From the NCBI GenBank assembly GCA_022824205.1, contig JAJEAI010000171.1:1193-65192 (forward strand): DNA of 64,000 nucleotides, given 5' to 3'. The DNA is from Candidatus Binatia bacterium. Lineage in GTDB: Bacteria > Desulfobacterota > Binatia > UBA9968 > JAJDTQ01. The position numbers were made by a program, and so were the translations under genes. This document shows, piece by piece, positions 49,643 through 61,215 of this stretch (positions within the stretch are counted from its first letter, which is position 1; each line of letters opens with the position of its first letter). The notes under the pieces are model-generated. The model saw only the letters and a program-made list of their open reading frames with translations, had not been told where the DNA came from and did no database searches.

Positions 49643-49761
49643 CAGACGTGGGGGGGCTCGGCGAGGACGATTGGAGGCGTGCTGAAACACACGGGCAGCT
49701 TTGAGTGACGGGCGACGGAGGAGCCGATAACGCCGAAGTTGTGGGGTTCGTCGCACCCAAT

Positions 49762-50934
49762 CTATCCTTCGCCATAAACGATCTCGATCGCCCGCAATGC
49801 CTCCTCCACCGCCACATCCGCCCCCTCTTCCCGCAGGATCTGTCCCAGCGCCTCCACCAGGGCGACGACGTTCTCTTTCCGGCTCGACTCGCCCATGAGG
49901 CCGATGCGCCAGGTCTTGCCGGCGAGGGCGCCCAAGCCGCCGCCGATCTCGATGTTGAAGTCGAGGAGCAGGCGCTTGCGGATGGCGCCGTCGTTGGCGC
50001 CCTCGGGGATCTTGACGCTGTTGAGCATCCACAGGCGGTGGCCTTCCTGGGAGGCGAGGGGGATGCCGAGGGATTGCAGGCCGGCGACCAGGGCTCGGTG
50101 GTTCAGCTCGTGGCGCGCGAAGCGGGCTTCCAGGCCTTCGCGTTCGATCTCGCTCAGGGCGGCGTGGAGGCCGTAGTTCATGGAGATGGGGGCGGTGTGG
50201 TGGTAGGCGCGCTCCTCGCCCCAGTAGCGCTCGATCATGGTGAAGTCGAGGTACCAACTCTTGACCTTGCTCTTGCGCCGCGCCAGCTTGTCGCGCGCCG
50301 CGGGGCCGAAGGACACGGGCGACAGCCCGGGAGGGCAGCTCAGGCACTTCTGCGTGCCGCTGTAGGCGGCGTCGACGTTCCAGGCGTCGAGGGTCACGGG
50401 GCATCCCCCCAGCGAGGTCACGGTGTCCAGCACCAGCAGGGCGCCGGCGTCGTGGGCGAGCCGGGAAATCTCTTCCACCGGCTGCAAGACGCCGGTGGAG
50501 GTCTCGGCGTGCACCAGGGTGACGATGTCGACCTTGTGCTCCTTGAGGACCTGCTCCACCTGCTCGGGCCGGATGATCTCGCCCCAGGGAGCCTCCACCT
50601 TGACGAGGTTCCCGCCCAGGCGCTCGACGATGTCGGCCATGCGCGTGCCGAACACGCCGTTGACGCACACGAGCACCGTGTCTCCCTCCTCGATGAGGTT
50701 CACGAGGCAGGCCTCCATGCCCGCGCTGCCGGTGCCCGACACCGGGAAGGTCAGCTCGTTCCCGGTGTGGAACAGCCAGCGCAGCATGGCCTTGTTCTCT
50801 TCCATGATCTTGAAGAATTCCGGGTCCAGGTGTCCGACCACGGGGGCCGACAACGCCTCCAGCACCGCCGGGTGGGGGTTGCTGGGGCCGGGTCCGAGGA
50901 GGATTCTCTTGGGCGGATTGAGCGGTGAGGCCAT
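49762..50934 (-). CDS. Class V aminotransferase (alanine-glyoxylate / serine-pyruvate aminotransferase)
   Basis: MASPLNPPKRILLGPGPSNPHPAVLEA...SGTQK... (PLP Lys). Confidence 0.85.
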   Translation of the reverse strand: MASPLNPPKRILLGPGPSNPHPAVLEALSAPVVGHLDPEFFKIMEENKAMLRWLFHTGNELTFPVSGTGSAGMEACLVNLIEEGDTVLVCVNGVFGTRMADIVERLGGNLVKVEAPWGEIIRPEQVEQVLKEHKVDIVTLVHAETSTGVLQPVEEISRLAHDAGALLVLDTVTSLGGCPVTLDAWNVDAAYSGTQKCLSCPPGLSPVSFGPAARDKLARRKSKVKSWYLDFTMIERYWGEERAYHHTAPISMNYGLHAALSEIEREGLEARFARHELNHRALVAGLQSLGIPLASQEGHRLWMLNSVKIPEGANDGAIRKRLLLDFNIEIGGGLGALAGKTWRIGLMGESSRKENVVALVEALGQILREEGADVAVEEALRAIEIVYGEG

Positions 50935-51103
50935 GCGCGTGCTCCTGTGGGTTGTTGGGGGACGGCTCGGTTGTGAGCAGTGCCGGGTGCGGTGTATTCT
51001 GCCAGACGGTTTGTCACGGTACGCTATAACAACCGTGTACCGTACCATCAACACACATGGGAGCCACGGCGCGCCTCCATCCGTGCCTTCCTGCCTCGCT
51101 TGA

Positions 51104-52630
51104 ATGGAACTCCACCGGAAACTCGCGGAGACCTTGCGCGGGAGTGGCCTCCTGGCTCCCGGTGACGCGGTGCTCGTGGGCGTCTCGGGCGGCCCGGATT
51201 CCGTGGCGCTGCTGCACCTTCTGACGGAGGTCGCGCCGGCTCTCTCGCTCTCCCTGGAAGTGGCCCACGTGGAACACGGTATTCGCGGAGCCCGGAGCCG
51301 GGAGGACGCGGAGTTCGTCCGGCGGACGGCCGCCGGGCTGTCGCTGCCGTTCCATCTTGTTCAACTGGACTTGCCCGGCGCCGAACACCGCGAAGCGGCA
51401 AGTCCCGATGCCCCTGATGTGCGTGCCGGAGCCCTGGAAGCCCGTGCGGGGGACGGGGGAAGCGCGGGCAACCTGGAAGCCCGGGCGCGCGCGGAACGTT
51501 ACCGCTTCTTCGCTCGGGTGGCGGCGGAGCGGCGCCTCGCCAAGGTCGCGGTGGGACACAACCGCGGGGACCAGGTGGAGACCATGTTGATGTGGCTGCT
51601 CCGCGGCTGCGGCCCCGAAGGGCTGGCGGGCATGCCGGCGGCGCGACCACTGGACCCCGACGCGGCCGGCGGCGCGGGTCCGTTGCTCATCCGTCCGTTG
51701 CTGGAGGTATCCCGCGACGAGATCCTCGGGTATCTGGAAAGCCGCCGGCTGGAGTACCGGGAGGACCACACCAACCGCGACACCCGTTACCTGCGGAACT
51801 CGATCCGCCGGACCCTGCTGCCGGCGCTGCGGGAACGGACGGACGCCGGGCTGGATCTCCGCCTTGCCCGGCTCGCCGGCATGCTGCGGTCCGACAACGT
51901 GCTGCTGGAACGTCAGGCAGCCGGGGTCTACCGTCGTGTCAGCAGCGCGGACGTGCTGGACCGGGCCGCCTTTCTCGGGCTGGAGCCCGAGATGAAGCCC
52001 CGGGTGGTTCGGTTCTGGCTGGCCCGGGTCATGGGTACGCTCCGGCGCGTCGGTTATGCCCACGTGGATGCCGTCCTCGATCTCATCGCCGGAAGCCGTC
52101 CTCACGCCCGCGTATCCCTCCCCGGGCCGTGGACCGTGGTCCGGGAGTACGAATCCGTGCGGCTGGTCCCCGCCACCGGCGAAGCACCCGAAGGCGCAAG
52201 GAGCGAAGGGCAATATTCCTACCCGCTCCCACTCGAAGGCGAGCTTCTGCTGCCCGAGGCCGGGCTACGGGTCACGGCCTGGCGCTCGGACAGCCTCGAC
52301 CTGCCGGCAAGCCCCTGCGAGGCCGCCTTCGACCTCCACGCCGTGGAGCGGGTCGAGGGTGTTCTGCGGGTGCGGAACTTCCGGCCGGGCGACCGCTTCC
52401 GTCCCCTGGGCATGGCCGGACACAAGAAGCTCAAGGACCTGTTCATCGAGAAGAAGCTGCCGCGGCGGCGGCGGCGCACGCTGCCGCTGGTTCTGGCGGG
52501 GGAGGAGATCGTGTGGATTCCCGGGTGCGCCCGAGGCGACTTCGGCAGGATGGAGCCGGCGAGCCGCGCGGCGTGGCGTGTCAAGGTCGCTCCCTCGTTC
52601 GAGCGCGACTCGTCCGTGAGGCGCGGTTGA
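51104..52630 (+). CDS. tilS: tRNA(Ile)-lysidine synthetase
   Basis: VGVSGGPDSVALL PP-loop. Conserved position upstream of ftsH. Confidence 0.85.
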   Translation: MELHRKLAETLRGSGLLAPGDAVLVGVSGGPDSVALLHLLTEVAPALSLSLEVAHVEHGIRGARSREDAEFVRRTAAGLSLPFHLVQLDLPGAEHREAASPDAPDVRAGALEARAGDGGSAGNLEARARAERYRFFARVAAERRLAKVAVGHNRGDQVETMLMWLLRGCGPEGLAGMPAARPLDPDAAGGAGPLLIRPLLEVSRDEILGYLESRRLEYREDHTNRDTRYLRNSIRRTLLPALRERTDAGLDLRLARLAGMLRSDNVLLERQAAGVYRRVSSADVLDRAAFLGLEPEMKPRVVRFWLARVMGTLRRVGYAHVDAVLDLIAGSRPHARVSLPGPWTVVREYESVRLVPATGEAPEGARSEGQYSYPLPLEGELLLPEAGLRVTAWRSDSLDLPASPCEAAFDLHAVERVEGVLRVRNFRPGDRFRPLGMAGHKKLKDLFIEKKLPRRRRRTLPLVLAGEEIVWIPGCARGDFGRMEPASRAAWRVKVAPSFERDSSVRRG

Positions 52631-52723
52631 CTTGGCCGCTCCCCGTTCTTATTGAAGAAGGGGTACCCGTATGTTAACGTTTTCCGGGTACGACAGGGGT
52701 GGGAAAGGCTGGAGAGACCCTCT

Positions 52724-54562
52724 TTGAACCAAGCGACAAAAAACCTTGCTCTGTGGCTCGTGCTCGGGCTGATGTTTCTGCTGCTCTTCAACGTCTTCAC
52801 GCGGCAGCAGGGCAGGGACCCGGAGATCATCTACAGCGACTTCTGGTCGGCGGTGGAGCGCGGCGACGTGCAGGAAGTGACGATCCAGGGCCGGTACGTC
52901 CACGGCAAGTACCAGAGCGGCGAGCGATTCCGCACCTTCTCGCCGAATGATCCGGGGCTGGTGACCACGCTGCGGGAAAAGAACATCCGCATCGCCGCCA
53001 AGCCGGAGGAAGATTCGCCCTGGTACTTCGTGCTGCTGGTGAACTGGTTCCCGATGCTGCTGCTGGTGGGGGTGTGGATCTTCTTCATGCGGCAGATGCA
53101 GGTGGGGGGCGGCAAGGCCATGTCCTTCGGCAAGAGCCGGGCGCGCCTGCTGAACGAGAACCAGGCGCGGGTCACGTTCAGCGACGTGGCCGGGGTGGAC
53201 GAGGCCAAGGACGAGCTTCAGGAAGTCATTGCGTTCCTCAAGGACCCGAAGAAGTTCACGCGCCTGGGCGGGCGCATCCCCAAGGGCTGCCTGCTGGTGG
53301 GGCCTCCGGGCACGGGCAAGACGCTCTTGGCGCGGGCCATCGCCGGCGAGGCGGGCGTGCCCTTCTTCAGCATCAGCGGATCGGACTTCGTCGAGATGTT
53401 CGTGGGCGTGGGCGCGTCGCGGGTGCGCGACCTGTTCGTCCAGGCCAAGAAGCAGGCGCCGTGCATCGTTTTCGTGGACGAGATCGACGCGGTGGGGCGC
53501 CAGCGCGGCGCCGGTCTCGGCGGCGGGCACGACGAACGCGAGCAGACCCTCAACCAGTTGCTGGTGGAGATGGACGGGTTCGAGGCCAACGACGGCGTCA
53601 TCCTCATCGCCGCCACCAACCGGCCGGACGTGCTCGACCCCGCGTTGCTGCGGCCTGGACGGTTCGATCGCCGGGTGGTGGTGCCGCCGCCCGACGTCAA
53701 GGGACGCGAGGGCATTCTCGCGGTGCACGCCGGCCGGGTGCCGCTGGAAAACGACGTGGACATCCGGGTGCTCGCGCGCGGGACCCCCGGCTTCGCCGGC
53801 GCGGATCTCGAGAACCTTGTCAACGAGGCTGCGCTGCTCGCGGCGCGGCACGACAAGGAAAAGGTCAACATGAATGACTTCGAGTTGGCCAAGGACAAAG
53901 TCATGATGGGGACCGAGCGCAAGAGCATGATCATCAGCGACGATGAGAAGCGCAACACGTCCTATCACGAGTCCGGTCACGCGCTGGTGGCGAAGCTCCT
54001 GCCGGGCGCGGACCCGGTGCACAAGGTGACCATCATCCCGCGCGGCATGGCCCTGGGCCTGACCCAGCAGCTCCCCATGGACGAGCGCCACAGCCAGGAC
54101 AAGGAATACCTCCTCAACACCATGACCATCCTTTTCGGCGGACGCGTGGCCGAGGAACTGGTGCTCGATCACATGACCACCGGCGCGGGCAACGACATCG
54201 AACGCGCCACCGAGCTGGCCCACCGCATGGTGTGCGAGTGGGGCATGAGCGAGAAGCTGGGACCCATGACCTTCGGAAAGAAAGAAGAGCAGATCTTTCT
54301 CGGGCGCGACTTCACCCAGCAGCAGGATTACTCCGAGAGCACCGCGGTGGAAATCGACATGGAGGTGCGGCGCATCATCCAGGACTGCTACGGCCGGGCG
54401 AAGGACCTCCTGACCACGCACATTGAGCTGCTGCACCAGGTCGCCAAGGAGTTGCTGGAGAAGGAAGTGCTGGACGGCGCGGAGATCGACGCCATCGTCA
54501 AGGAATACATGGGAGACAGCGGTCCCGACCAGCCTACGATCCCCTTTCCCGCCGGCGACTGA
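52724..54562 (+). CDS. ftsH: ATP-dependent zinc metalloprotease FtsH
   Basis: [18 protein letters not shown] Walker A, SRH, HESGHAL zinc site. TTG start with SD ggagag preferred over the track start at 52652. Confidence 0.9.
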   Translation: MNQATKNLALWLVLGLMFLLLFNVFTRQQGRDPEIIYSDFWSAVERGDVQEVTIQGRYVHGKYQSGERFRTFSPNDPGLVTTLREKNIRIAAKPEEDSPWYFVLLVNWFPMLLLVGVWIFFMRQMQVGGGKAMSFGKSRARLLNENQARVTFSDVAGVDEAKDELQEVIAFLKDPKKFTRLGGRIPKGCLLVGPPGTGKTLLARAIAGEAGVPFFSISGSDFVEMFVGVGASRVRDLFVQAKKQAPCIVFVDEIDAVGRQRGAGLGGGHDEREQTLNQLLVEMDGFEANDGVILIAATNRPDVLDPALLRPGRFDRRVVVPPPDVKGREGILAVHAGRVPLENDVDIRVLARGTPGFAGADLENLVNEAALLAARHDKEKVNMNDFELAKDKVMMGTERKSMIISDDEKRNTSYHESGHALVAKLLPGADPVHKVTIIPRGMALGLTQQLPMDERHSQDKEYLLNTMTILFGGRVAEELVLDHMTTGAGNDIERATELAHRMVCEWGMSEKLGPMTFGKKEEQIFLGRDFTQQQDYSESTAVEIDMEVRRIIQDCYGRAKDLLTTHIELLHQVAKELLEKEVLDGAEIDAIVKEYMGDSGPDQPTIPFPAGD

Positions 54563-54666
54563 CCGGACCGGCATCCCGACACAGTCCAGCTCCGTGTGGT
54601 TTTCACGGAAGGGTGTGTGTTCGGTGTCGTGTCCCGCGTAAACACCAACCTCCGCCCGGATACGAA

Positions 54667-55599
54667 ATGCCACTGACGCCCGCGAACGTCATCCCCCAGG
54701 CGCCGGCGTCCGAGGACCCGCGTACGGAAATGGCTCCAGTGCTGGAAACGCGCCACGGCGTCGTGGACATGCGCCGGCGGACGGCGATCATGGGTATCCT
54801 GAACGTGACCCCGGACTCCTTTTCCGACGGGGGCCGTTACGTGGATTTCGACGCGGCGCTGGCCCGAGGCATCGAGATGGCGCGGGAGGGCGCGAGCATC
54901 GTGGACGTGGGCGGGGAATCGACGCGTCCGGGCGCGGCCGCGGTTCCGCCGGAAGCGGAGCTGGAGCGGGTGGTCCCGGTCATCCGCGAGCTGCGTGCGC
55001 AGGTCTCCGTGCCCATCAGCATCGATACGTACAAGGAGGCGGTGGCCCGGCGGGCACTGGAAGCCGGTGCGGACATGGTCAACGACATCAGCGCCCTTCG
55101 ATTCGACCCGGCCATGGCCCGTCTGGTGGCAGCCGAGGAAGTTCCGGTGGTACTCATGCACATGCAGGGCCGGCCCCGCACCATGCAGCGCGCGCCGCGC
55201 TACGTCAACGTCGTGCGGGAGGTGGCCGCCTTCCTCCGGGAACGCGTGACCTTTGCCATGGAACGCGGGGTGGGCGCCCACCGCATCGTGGTGGACCCCG
55301 GCATCGGCTTCGGCAAGGACATGGGCCACAACCTGGAGTTGCTGCGGCGCCTGGACGCCGTGGTGTCGCTGGGACAGCCGGTGCTCGTGGGGCTCTCCCG
55401 CAAGGCGTTTCTCGGCCGCCTGCTGGATGAGGGAACGCCGGAGGCCCGCCTGGAGGGCAGCCTCGCGGGGGCGGCCGCGGCGGTGCTGGCCGGCGCCCAC
55501 ATGATCCGTGCCCACGACGTGGCGCAAACCTGCCGGGCCGTGCGCGTGGCGGAGGCCATCCGCGCGGGCGCGCCGGCCGTTTCGCGTGGCGGAGCCTGA
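54667..55599 (+). CDS. folP: Dihydropteroate synthase
   Basis: IMGILNVTPDSFSDGG...DVGGESTRPG.... Start uncertain (54667 or 54730). Confidence 0.85.
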   Translation: MPLTPANVIPQAPASEDPRTEMAPVLETRHGVVDMRRRTAIMGILNVTPDSFSDGGRYVDFDAALARGIEMAREGASIVDVGGESTRPGAAAVPPEAELERVVPVIRELRAQVSVPISIDTYKEAVARRALEAGADMVNDISALRFDPAMARLVAAEEVPVVLMHMQGRPRTMQRAPRYVNVVREVAAFLRERVTFAMERGVGAHRIVVDPGIGFGKDMGHNLELLRRLDAVVSLGQPVLVGLSRKAFLGRLLDEGTPEARLEGSLAGAAAAVLAGAHMIRAHDVAQTCRAVRVAEAIRAGAPAVSRGGA

Positions 55600-55623
55600 T
55601 CGCTGATCTTCCGGAAGGGAGCC

Positions 55624-57057
55624 ATGACCTCGGACAGACAACAAGGAGCGCCGGGCCGGCGTCGCCTGTTCGGCACCGACGGAATCCGCGGCATTGCCAA
55701 CCAGGAGCCCATGACCGCGGAGACGGCCCTGCGGCTCGGGCGGGCCATCGCCCACGTGGTCGGCGGTCACAACGGCGCGACGGAGGTGCGCGGCGCACTT
55801 GGGCGGAAGCGCACGCGCCGGCGCCGGATCCTTATCGGCAAGGACACGCGCCTTTCGGGCTACATGTTCGAGACCGCTCTTGCGTCCGGTATTTGCTCCA
55901 TGGGCGCGGACGTCCTGCTGGTCGGGCCGCTGCCGACGCCGGCCGTCGCCTTCCTCACCCGGAGCATGCGCGCCGATGGCGGAGTGGTGATCTCGGCGTC
56001 GCACAACCCGTATCAGGACAACGGCATCAAGTTTTTCTCCCGGGACGGCTTCAAGCTGCCGGACGCTTGGGAGCGGCGCATGGAGGGGCTGGTGCTGGAA
56101 GGTGAGTACGGCGCAAACCGTCCGGCGGCCACGGACATCGGCAAGGCGTTTCGCGTCGGCGACGCCCTGGGCAGGACCGTGGACTTCCTCGAGAGCGCAT
56201 TCCCCGGTCGGCTGACCCTGGAGGGCCTCAAGATCGTCGTGGACTGCGCCAACGGCGCCGCCTACCGGGTGGCGCCGGAGGTTCTGACGGAACTGGGCGC
56301 CGACGTGATTCCGGTGGCGGTGGAGCCCGACGGCACCAACATCAACCGGGAGTGCGGCTCGATGTACCCGGAGACGGCCCGGGCGGCGCTGCTGGAGCAC
56401 GGCGCGGACTTGGCCGTGTGCCTCGACGGCGACGCGGACCGGGCGGTGTTCATCGACGACAAGGGGGAGCTGGTGGACGGCGACGAGGTGCTGGCCATGT
56501 GCGCCGTCGCGCTGCAACGCGCCGGGCGGCTGCCCACGGGCGCGGTGGTGGCCACGGTGATGAGCAACATGGGGCTGGACGTCGCCCTGCGCGGGCACGG
56601 CATCGAGGTCCTGCGCACCGCCATCGGCGACCGTTACGTGGTGGAGGAGATGCGCCGCGGCGGCCACAACCTGGGGGGCGAGCAGTCGGGCCACATGGTG
56701 TTCCTGGACCACAACACCACCGGCGACGGCTGCCTCACCGCGCTCCAGGTGCTGGCGCTCATGGTCGAGCAGGAGAAGCCGCTGAGCGAGCTGCGCCGGA
56801 TCATGGGCAAGCTGCCGCAGGTGATCGTCAACGTGCCGGTGCGCGGGAAGCGCCCGCTCTCCGAGATGGAGCAGGTGCAGGTGCGCATCAGCGAGAGCGA
56901 GAGCCTGCTCGACGGCCGCGGCCGCGTACTGGTGCGCTACTCGGGAACGGAGCCGCTGGCCCGGGTGATGGTCGAGGGCGAGTCCGAGGACGAGATCCGG
57001 CGGCTGGCGCGGGGCATCGCCGACGCGATCCAATCGAGCAGTGGGTCCGGAGAATAG
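55624..57057 (+). CDS. glmM: Phosphoglucosamine mutase
   Basis: GTDGIRG...SASHNP. Confidence 0.9.
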   Translation: MTSDRQQGAPGRRRLFGTDGIRGIANQEPMTAETALRLGRAIAHVVGGHNGATEVRGALGRKRTRRRRILIGKDTRLSGYMFETALASGICSMGADVLLVGPLPTPAVAFLTRSMRADGGVVISASHNPYQDNGIKFFSRDGFKLPDAWERRMEGLVLEGEYGANRPAATDIGKAFRVGDALGRTVDFLESAFPGRLTLEGLKIVVDCANGAAYRVAPEVLTELGADVIPVAVEPDGTNINRECGSMYPETARAALLEHGADLAVCLDGDADRAVFIDDKGELVDGDEVLAMCAVALQRAGRLPTGAVVATVMSNMGLDVALRGHGIEVLRTAIGDRYVVEEMRRGGHNLGGEQSGHMVFLDHNTTGDGCLTALQVLALMVEQEKPLSELRRIMGKLPQVIVNVPVRGKRPLSEMEQVQVRISESESLLDGRGRVLVRYSGTEPLARVMVEGESEDEIRRLARGIADAIQSSSGSGE

Positions 57058-57067
57058 AGGTTCCGAC

Positions 57068-57799
57068 ATGATTCGTCTCGGAGTCAACGTGGACCACGTG
57101 GCCACCGTGCGCCAGGCACGGATGATCGACATCCCGGATCCGGTGGAGGCGGCGCTCCTGGCCGAAACGGGCGGCGCCGACCTGATCACCGTGCACCTGC
57201 GCGAGGACCGCCGGCACATCCAGGAGTACGACGTGGCCCGGCTGCGGGAGCGGCTGAGCGTGGGCCTCAACCTGGAGATGGCGGGAACCGGGGAGATGAC
57301 CGCGCACGCGCTGGCCCTCCGGCCCGACGACGCCTGCCTGGTGCCGGAGCGGCGCGAGGAGCTGACCACCGAGGGCGGTCTCGACGTGGTCGCCCACGCG
57401 GATCAGCTACGCGAGGTCGTGGCGCGGCTGCGCGGCGCCGGGATTCGGGTGAGTCTCTTCGTGGACCCCGATCCGCGGCAGATCGAGGCCAGCCGGGAGC
57501 TGGGCGCCGACGCGGTGGAGCTTCACACCGGCACCTACTGCGACGCCGCCGTGGACCGGGTGGCACGCGAGTTGGAGGCCGTGCGCCGTGGCGCCGCGCT
57601 GGCGGCGGGCCTGGGCCTGGAGGTCCACGGCGGGCACGGCCTCAACACGGAGAACGTGACGCCCATCGCCGCCATCGAGGAGATCGTGGAACTCAACATC
57701 GGACACAGCATCGTCGCCCGGTCCATCATGGTGGGGATGGTCGAGGCGGTGCGGGAGATGAAGGCCCTCATCGCGGGGGCGGAAACGGCGGGTGGCTGA
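57068..57799 (+). CDS. pdxJ: Pyridoxine 5'-phosphate synthase
   Basis: [18 protein letters not shown].... Confidence 0.9.
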   Translation: MIRLGVNVDHVATVRQARMIDIPDPVEAALLAETGGADLITVHLREDRRHIQEYDVARLRERLSVGLNLEMAGTGEMTAHALALRPDDACLVPERREELTTEGGLDVVAHADQLREVVARLRGAGIRVSLFVDPDPRQIEASRELGADAVELHTGTYCDAAVDRVARELEAVRRGAALAAGLGLEVHGGHGLNTENVTPIAAIEEIVELNIGHSIVARSIMVGMVEAVREMKALIAGAETAGG

Positions 57800-57802
57800 G
57801 TC

Positions 57803-59371
57803 ATGCACGTGGTGACCGCGGCGGAGATGCGCCGAATGGATGAGCTCACGATCCAGGGCCACGGCGTCCCGAGCCTGCGGCTCATGGAGCGCGCGGGGCA
57901 GGGCGTGGTGGACGTGATCCTCCAGCGCTGGACGCAACTGGCCAAGCGCGGGGCGCTGGTGGTGGCGGGCAAGGGCAACAACGGCGGCGACGGGCTCGTG
58001 GTGGCCCGGCTGCTGCACCAGCGGGAGTTCCCGTGCGAGGTGGCGTGCGTGGCCCGGGCGCACGAGTTGTCGCCGGACGCGACCACGAATCTCCAGCGCT
58101 ATCGCACGGCGGGCGGCCGGTTCACCGAGATTCCCGGCGGCGATCTGGACGCCCTGCGCGGGCGCTTCGCGGACAAGGGGTTCCTGGTGGACGCGCTCCT
58201 GGGCACGGGGCTGCGCGCGCCGGTCGAGGGGTTCCTGGCCGATGTGGTGGAGCTGATGAACGCCTCGGGCCTGCCCATCATCGCGGTGGACACCCCGTCG
58301 GGGCTGGATGCCGACAAGGGCGGCCCGCTGGGCTCGACGATACAGGCGGACGTCACGGTGGCCCTCGGCTACCCCAAGACGGGTCAGGTAGTCTACCCCG
58401 GAGTCACCTATTGCGGCGACCTGGTGGTGGCCGACATCGGCCTCTGGGACAAGGCCGTGGCCGAGGTCGCTCCGTCCGCGGAGCTGCTGGACTCCGCCGA
58501 CCTGGTGTGGTTCCTGCCGCGCCGGGCGGAGGAGTCGCACAAGGGCAGTTATGGCCACCTGCTGGTGATGGCCGGTTCGCGCGGCAAGACCGGCGCGGCG
58601 GTGCTGGGCTGCCGCGGGGCCATGCGGGTGGGCACCGGGCTGGTGACGCTGGCCGCGCCCAGCGGGCTCAACGACATCCTGGCGGGTGCGCTGGTGGAGC
58701 CCATGACCGAGACCCTGGGCGAGCCGGGCGCGGAACAGTGGCTGGCGCTGGACGCGTCCGACTGGGAGGGGCTGGCGGAGCGCAGGAACGCGGTCCTTTT
58801 CGGCCCGGGCGTGGGCGTCCATGACGGCGCGCAACGAACACTGGAAACGCTGCTGGAGCATTGCGCCCTGCCGTGGCTCATCGACGCCGACGGGCTCAAC
58901 AACCTGGCGGCGGACGTCAACCGCTTGAAGGAGGCGCGCGTCGCGCCGGTGCTGACGCCCCATCCCGGGGAAATGGGCCGGCTTGCCGGCCTGGACACGG
59001 CGGCGGTCAACGCCGACCGCATCGGCGTCGCCCGCGCGTTCGCCGCGGAGCAGCGCTGCTACGTGGTGCTCAAGGGGGCGAGGACGGTGGCGGCCACTCC
59101 CGAGGGGCGGATCGCCATCAACCCCACGGGCAATGCCGGCATGGCCACCGGCGGCATGGGCGACGTCCTCGCGGGAATCATCGCCGGCTTTCTGGCGCAG
59201 GGATTGCGACCGGAGGATGCCATGCGCCTGGGGGTGTATCTCCACGGCCGTGCCGGAGACCGCGTCGCGGACCAACGCGGCGAGGTGGGACTGATCGCGT
59301 CGGACCTCGTCGACGAATTGCCGCACACCATCAAGGAACTGATGCAGATTCGGGAACTGGTTCAAGGATGA
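57803..59371 (+). CDS. nnr: Bifunctional NAD(P)H-hydrate repair enzyme (epimerase + dehydratase, YjeF)
   Basis: N-terminal YjeF_N (GKGNNGGDG) plus C-terminal carbohydrate-kinase-like domain. Confidence 0.85.
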   Translation: MHVVTAAEMRRMDELTIQGHGVPSLRLMERAGQGVVDVILQRWTQLAKRGALVVAGKGNNGGDGLVVARLLHQREFPCEVACVARAHELSPDATTNLQRYRTAGGRFTEIPGGDLDALRGRFADKGFLVDALLGTGLRAPVEGFLADVVELMNASGLPIIAVDTPSGLDADKGGPLGSTIQADVTVALGYPKTGQVVYPGVTYCGDLVVADIGLWDKAVAEVAPSAELLDSADLVWFLPRRAEESHKGSYGHLLVMAGSRGKTGAAVLGCRGAMRVGTGLVTLAAPSGLNDILAGALVEPMTETLGEPGAEQWLALDASDWEGLAERRNAVLFGPGVGVHDGAQRTLETLLEHCALPWLIDADGLNNLAADVNRLKEARVAPVLTPHPGEMGRLAGLDTAAVNADRIGVARAFAAEQRCYVVLKGARTVAATPEGRIAINPTGNAGMATGGMGDVLAGIIAGFLAQGLRPEDAMRLGVYLHGRAGDRVADQRGEVGLIASDLVDELPHTIKELMQIRELVQG

Positions 59372-59904
59372 CGGCGAACGCGTTTCAGATCACGACAGGC
59401 TCGCAAGAGGCCACCCGGGCGCTGGGGCGAACCCTCGGCGGCCTCCTGGCCGGTGGCGAGGTCCTGGGCCTTACGGGCGATCTCGGCAGCGGCAAGACCT
59501 GCTTCGTCCACGGTCTCGCCGAAGGGCTCGAGGTGGGCCGGAACAGTTGGGTGCGGAGTCCCACCTTCACGCTCATCAACGAATACGAGGGACGGGTGCC
59601 ACTGGTCCACGTGGACCTCTTCCGCGTGGCCCAGGGTGCGGAGATGGAAGACCTGCACCTGGAGGAGTACTTTGCGTCCGGCAGCGTCTGCGTCATCGAG
59701 TGGTTCGAGCGCCTGGACGCCGTCGGCGTGGACGAGTTCCTGGCCGTGGCCTTCCGCTACGTCGACGAAGACCGGCGGGAGTTGCGCTTCGCCGCCCGAG
59801 GCCGGCGTTACGAGGAACTGGTCGCCGCATTACGGCGAGACGATGGCGCGGCGAGAGACAGGGCCGCGAACGCGCCCGTTGGTCCTGAGCGTAACGAGGC
59901 GTAG
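59368..59904 (+). CDS. tsaE: tRNA threonylcarbamoyladenosine biosynthesis protein TsaE
   Basis: LTGDLGSGKT P-loop. ATGA overlap with nnr. Confidence 0.8.
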   Translation: MTANAFQITTGSQEATRALGRTLGGLLAGGEVLGLTGDLGSGKTCFVHGLAEGLEVGRNSWVRSPTFTLINEYEGRVPLVHVDLFRVAQGAEMEDLHLEEYFASGSVCVIEWFERLDAVGVDEFLAVAFRYVDEDRRELRFAARGRRYEELVAALRRDDGAARDRAANAPVGPERNEA

Positions 59905-59996
59905 GAAAGTGTCCCGCGTACAACCAGTGCGACGACAAAATGCCCTCGCGGATTCATCAAGCTGTTTGTGACACACCACACTAGCGAACTCGAAGG

Positions 59997-61211
59997 ATGG
60001 CACTGATCGTGCAGAAATACGGCGGCACGTCCGTCGGCATGGTGGAACGCATCCGCAACGTCGCCAGACGCGTGGCGGCCACGCGCGAAGCGGGGAACGA
60101 CGTGGTGGTGGTGGTGTCGGCCATGTCCGGTGAGACCAACCGCCTGCTGAACCTGGCCAACCAGGTGTCGGCGCGCGTGGACGACCGGGAGATCGACGTG
60201 CTGCTGGCGTCGGGCGAGCAGGTGTCGTGCGCGCTCCTGGCCCTGGCGCTCAAGGACCTGGGGCAGCCGGCGCGCTCGTTTCTCGGGCACCAGGTGCGCA
60301 TCGCCACCGACAGCGTGTACGGCCGGGCGCGCATCAAGAGCATCGACGCTACCCGCGCGCTGCAAGCGCTCGAGCGCCAGGAGGTGGTGGTGGTGGCGGG
60401 TTTCCAGGGGGTGGACGAGGACGACAACATCACCACCCTGGGGCGCGGCGGCTCGGACACGAGCGCCGTGGCCATGGCCGCCGCCCTGAACGCCGCGGTG
60501 TGTGAAATCTACACGGACGTGGACGGAATCTACACGGCCGATCCCTTCGTATGCCCGCGGGCGCGGAAGCTCGACCGCATCACCTACGACGAAATGCTGG
60601 AGATGGCCAGCATGGGCGCCCGGGTGCTGCAGATCCGCTCGGTGGAGCTGGCGAAGAAATTCGACGTCCCGGTGCACCTGCGCTCGAGTTTCAACGACGT
60701 GGAGGGCACCTGGCTGGTCGAGGAGGAAGAGCAGATGGATTCGGCTCTGGTTTCGGCAGTGACCTGCGACAACGACGAAGCCAAGATCACCATCCGCGGG
60801 GTGCCGGATCGCGCCGGCCTCGCGGCGCAGATCTTCGGCCCCATCGCGGACGCCAACATCGTCGTGGACATGATCATCCAGAACGCCGGCGAGGACGGGA
60901 CCACCGACGTGACCTTCACGGTGCCCAGGAAAGACCATGCCAAGGCCATGGAATTGATTGAAAAAACCGCGCCCTTGATCCAAGCTAAGGGGGTGGCCGC
61001 CGACACCCGCGTGGCCAAGGTCTCGGTGGTGGGCGTGGGGGTGAGAACAAACGCGGGCGTGGCCGCGAAGATGTTCAAGGCGCTGGCCGACCAGTCCATC
61101 AACATCGAGATGATTTCGACCTCCGAGATCAAGGTGTCGGTGGTGGTGAATGAGGAAGACAGCCGCCGGGCCGTGGATTCGCTGCACGCTTCGCTGATCG
61201 AAGGCAGGTGA
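59997..61211 (+). CDS. lysC: Aspartate kinase (with C-terminal ACT domains)
   Basis: [14 protein letters not shown]...[12 protein letters not shown].... Confidence 0.9.
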   Translation: MALIVQKYGGTSVGMVERIRNVARRVAATREAGNDVVVVVSAMSGETNRLLNLANQVSARVDDREIDVLLASGEQVSCALLALALKDLGQPARSFLGHQVRIATDSVYGRARIKSIDATRALQALERQEVVVVAGFQGVDEDDNITTLGRGGSDTSAVAMAAALNAAVCEIYTDVDGIYTADPFVCPRARKLDRITYDEMLEMASMGARVLQIRSVELAKKFDVPVHLRSSFNDVEGTWLVEEEEQMDSALVSAVTCDNDEAKITIRGVPDRAGLAAQIFGPIADANIVVDMIIQNAGEDGTTDVTFTVPRKDHAKAMELIEKTAPLIQAKGVAADTRVAKVSVVGVGVRTNAGVAAKMFKALADQSINIEMISTSEIKVSVVVNEEDSRRAVDSLHASLIEGR

Positions 61212-61215
61212 GGGC

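Noticed and set aside
49643-50668. Upstream (high-GC) portion of the 740-aa ORF 48446-50668(-)
   Set aside because: Alternate frame of the aminotransferase gene (49762-50934). Only the AT-rich part downstream of the TTG at 49642 is retained as a candidate gene.
52652-52723. Track start (TTG at 52652) for ftsH giving the N-terminal extension [13 protein letters not shown]...
   Set aside because: The downstream TTG at 52724 is preceded by a well-spaced ggagag SD and gives the canonical FtsH N-terminus (M)[13 protein letters not shown].... The longer form is less likely.
59905-59996. Lysine riboswitch (L-box) upstream of aspartate kinase
   Set aside because: Intergenic region is only ~90 nt, too short for an L-box (~180 nt), and lacks the conserved motifs.
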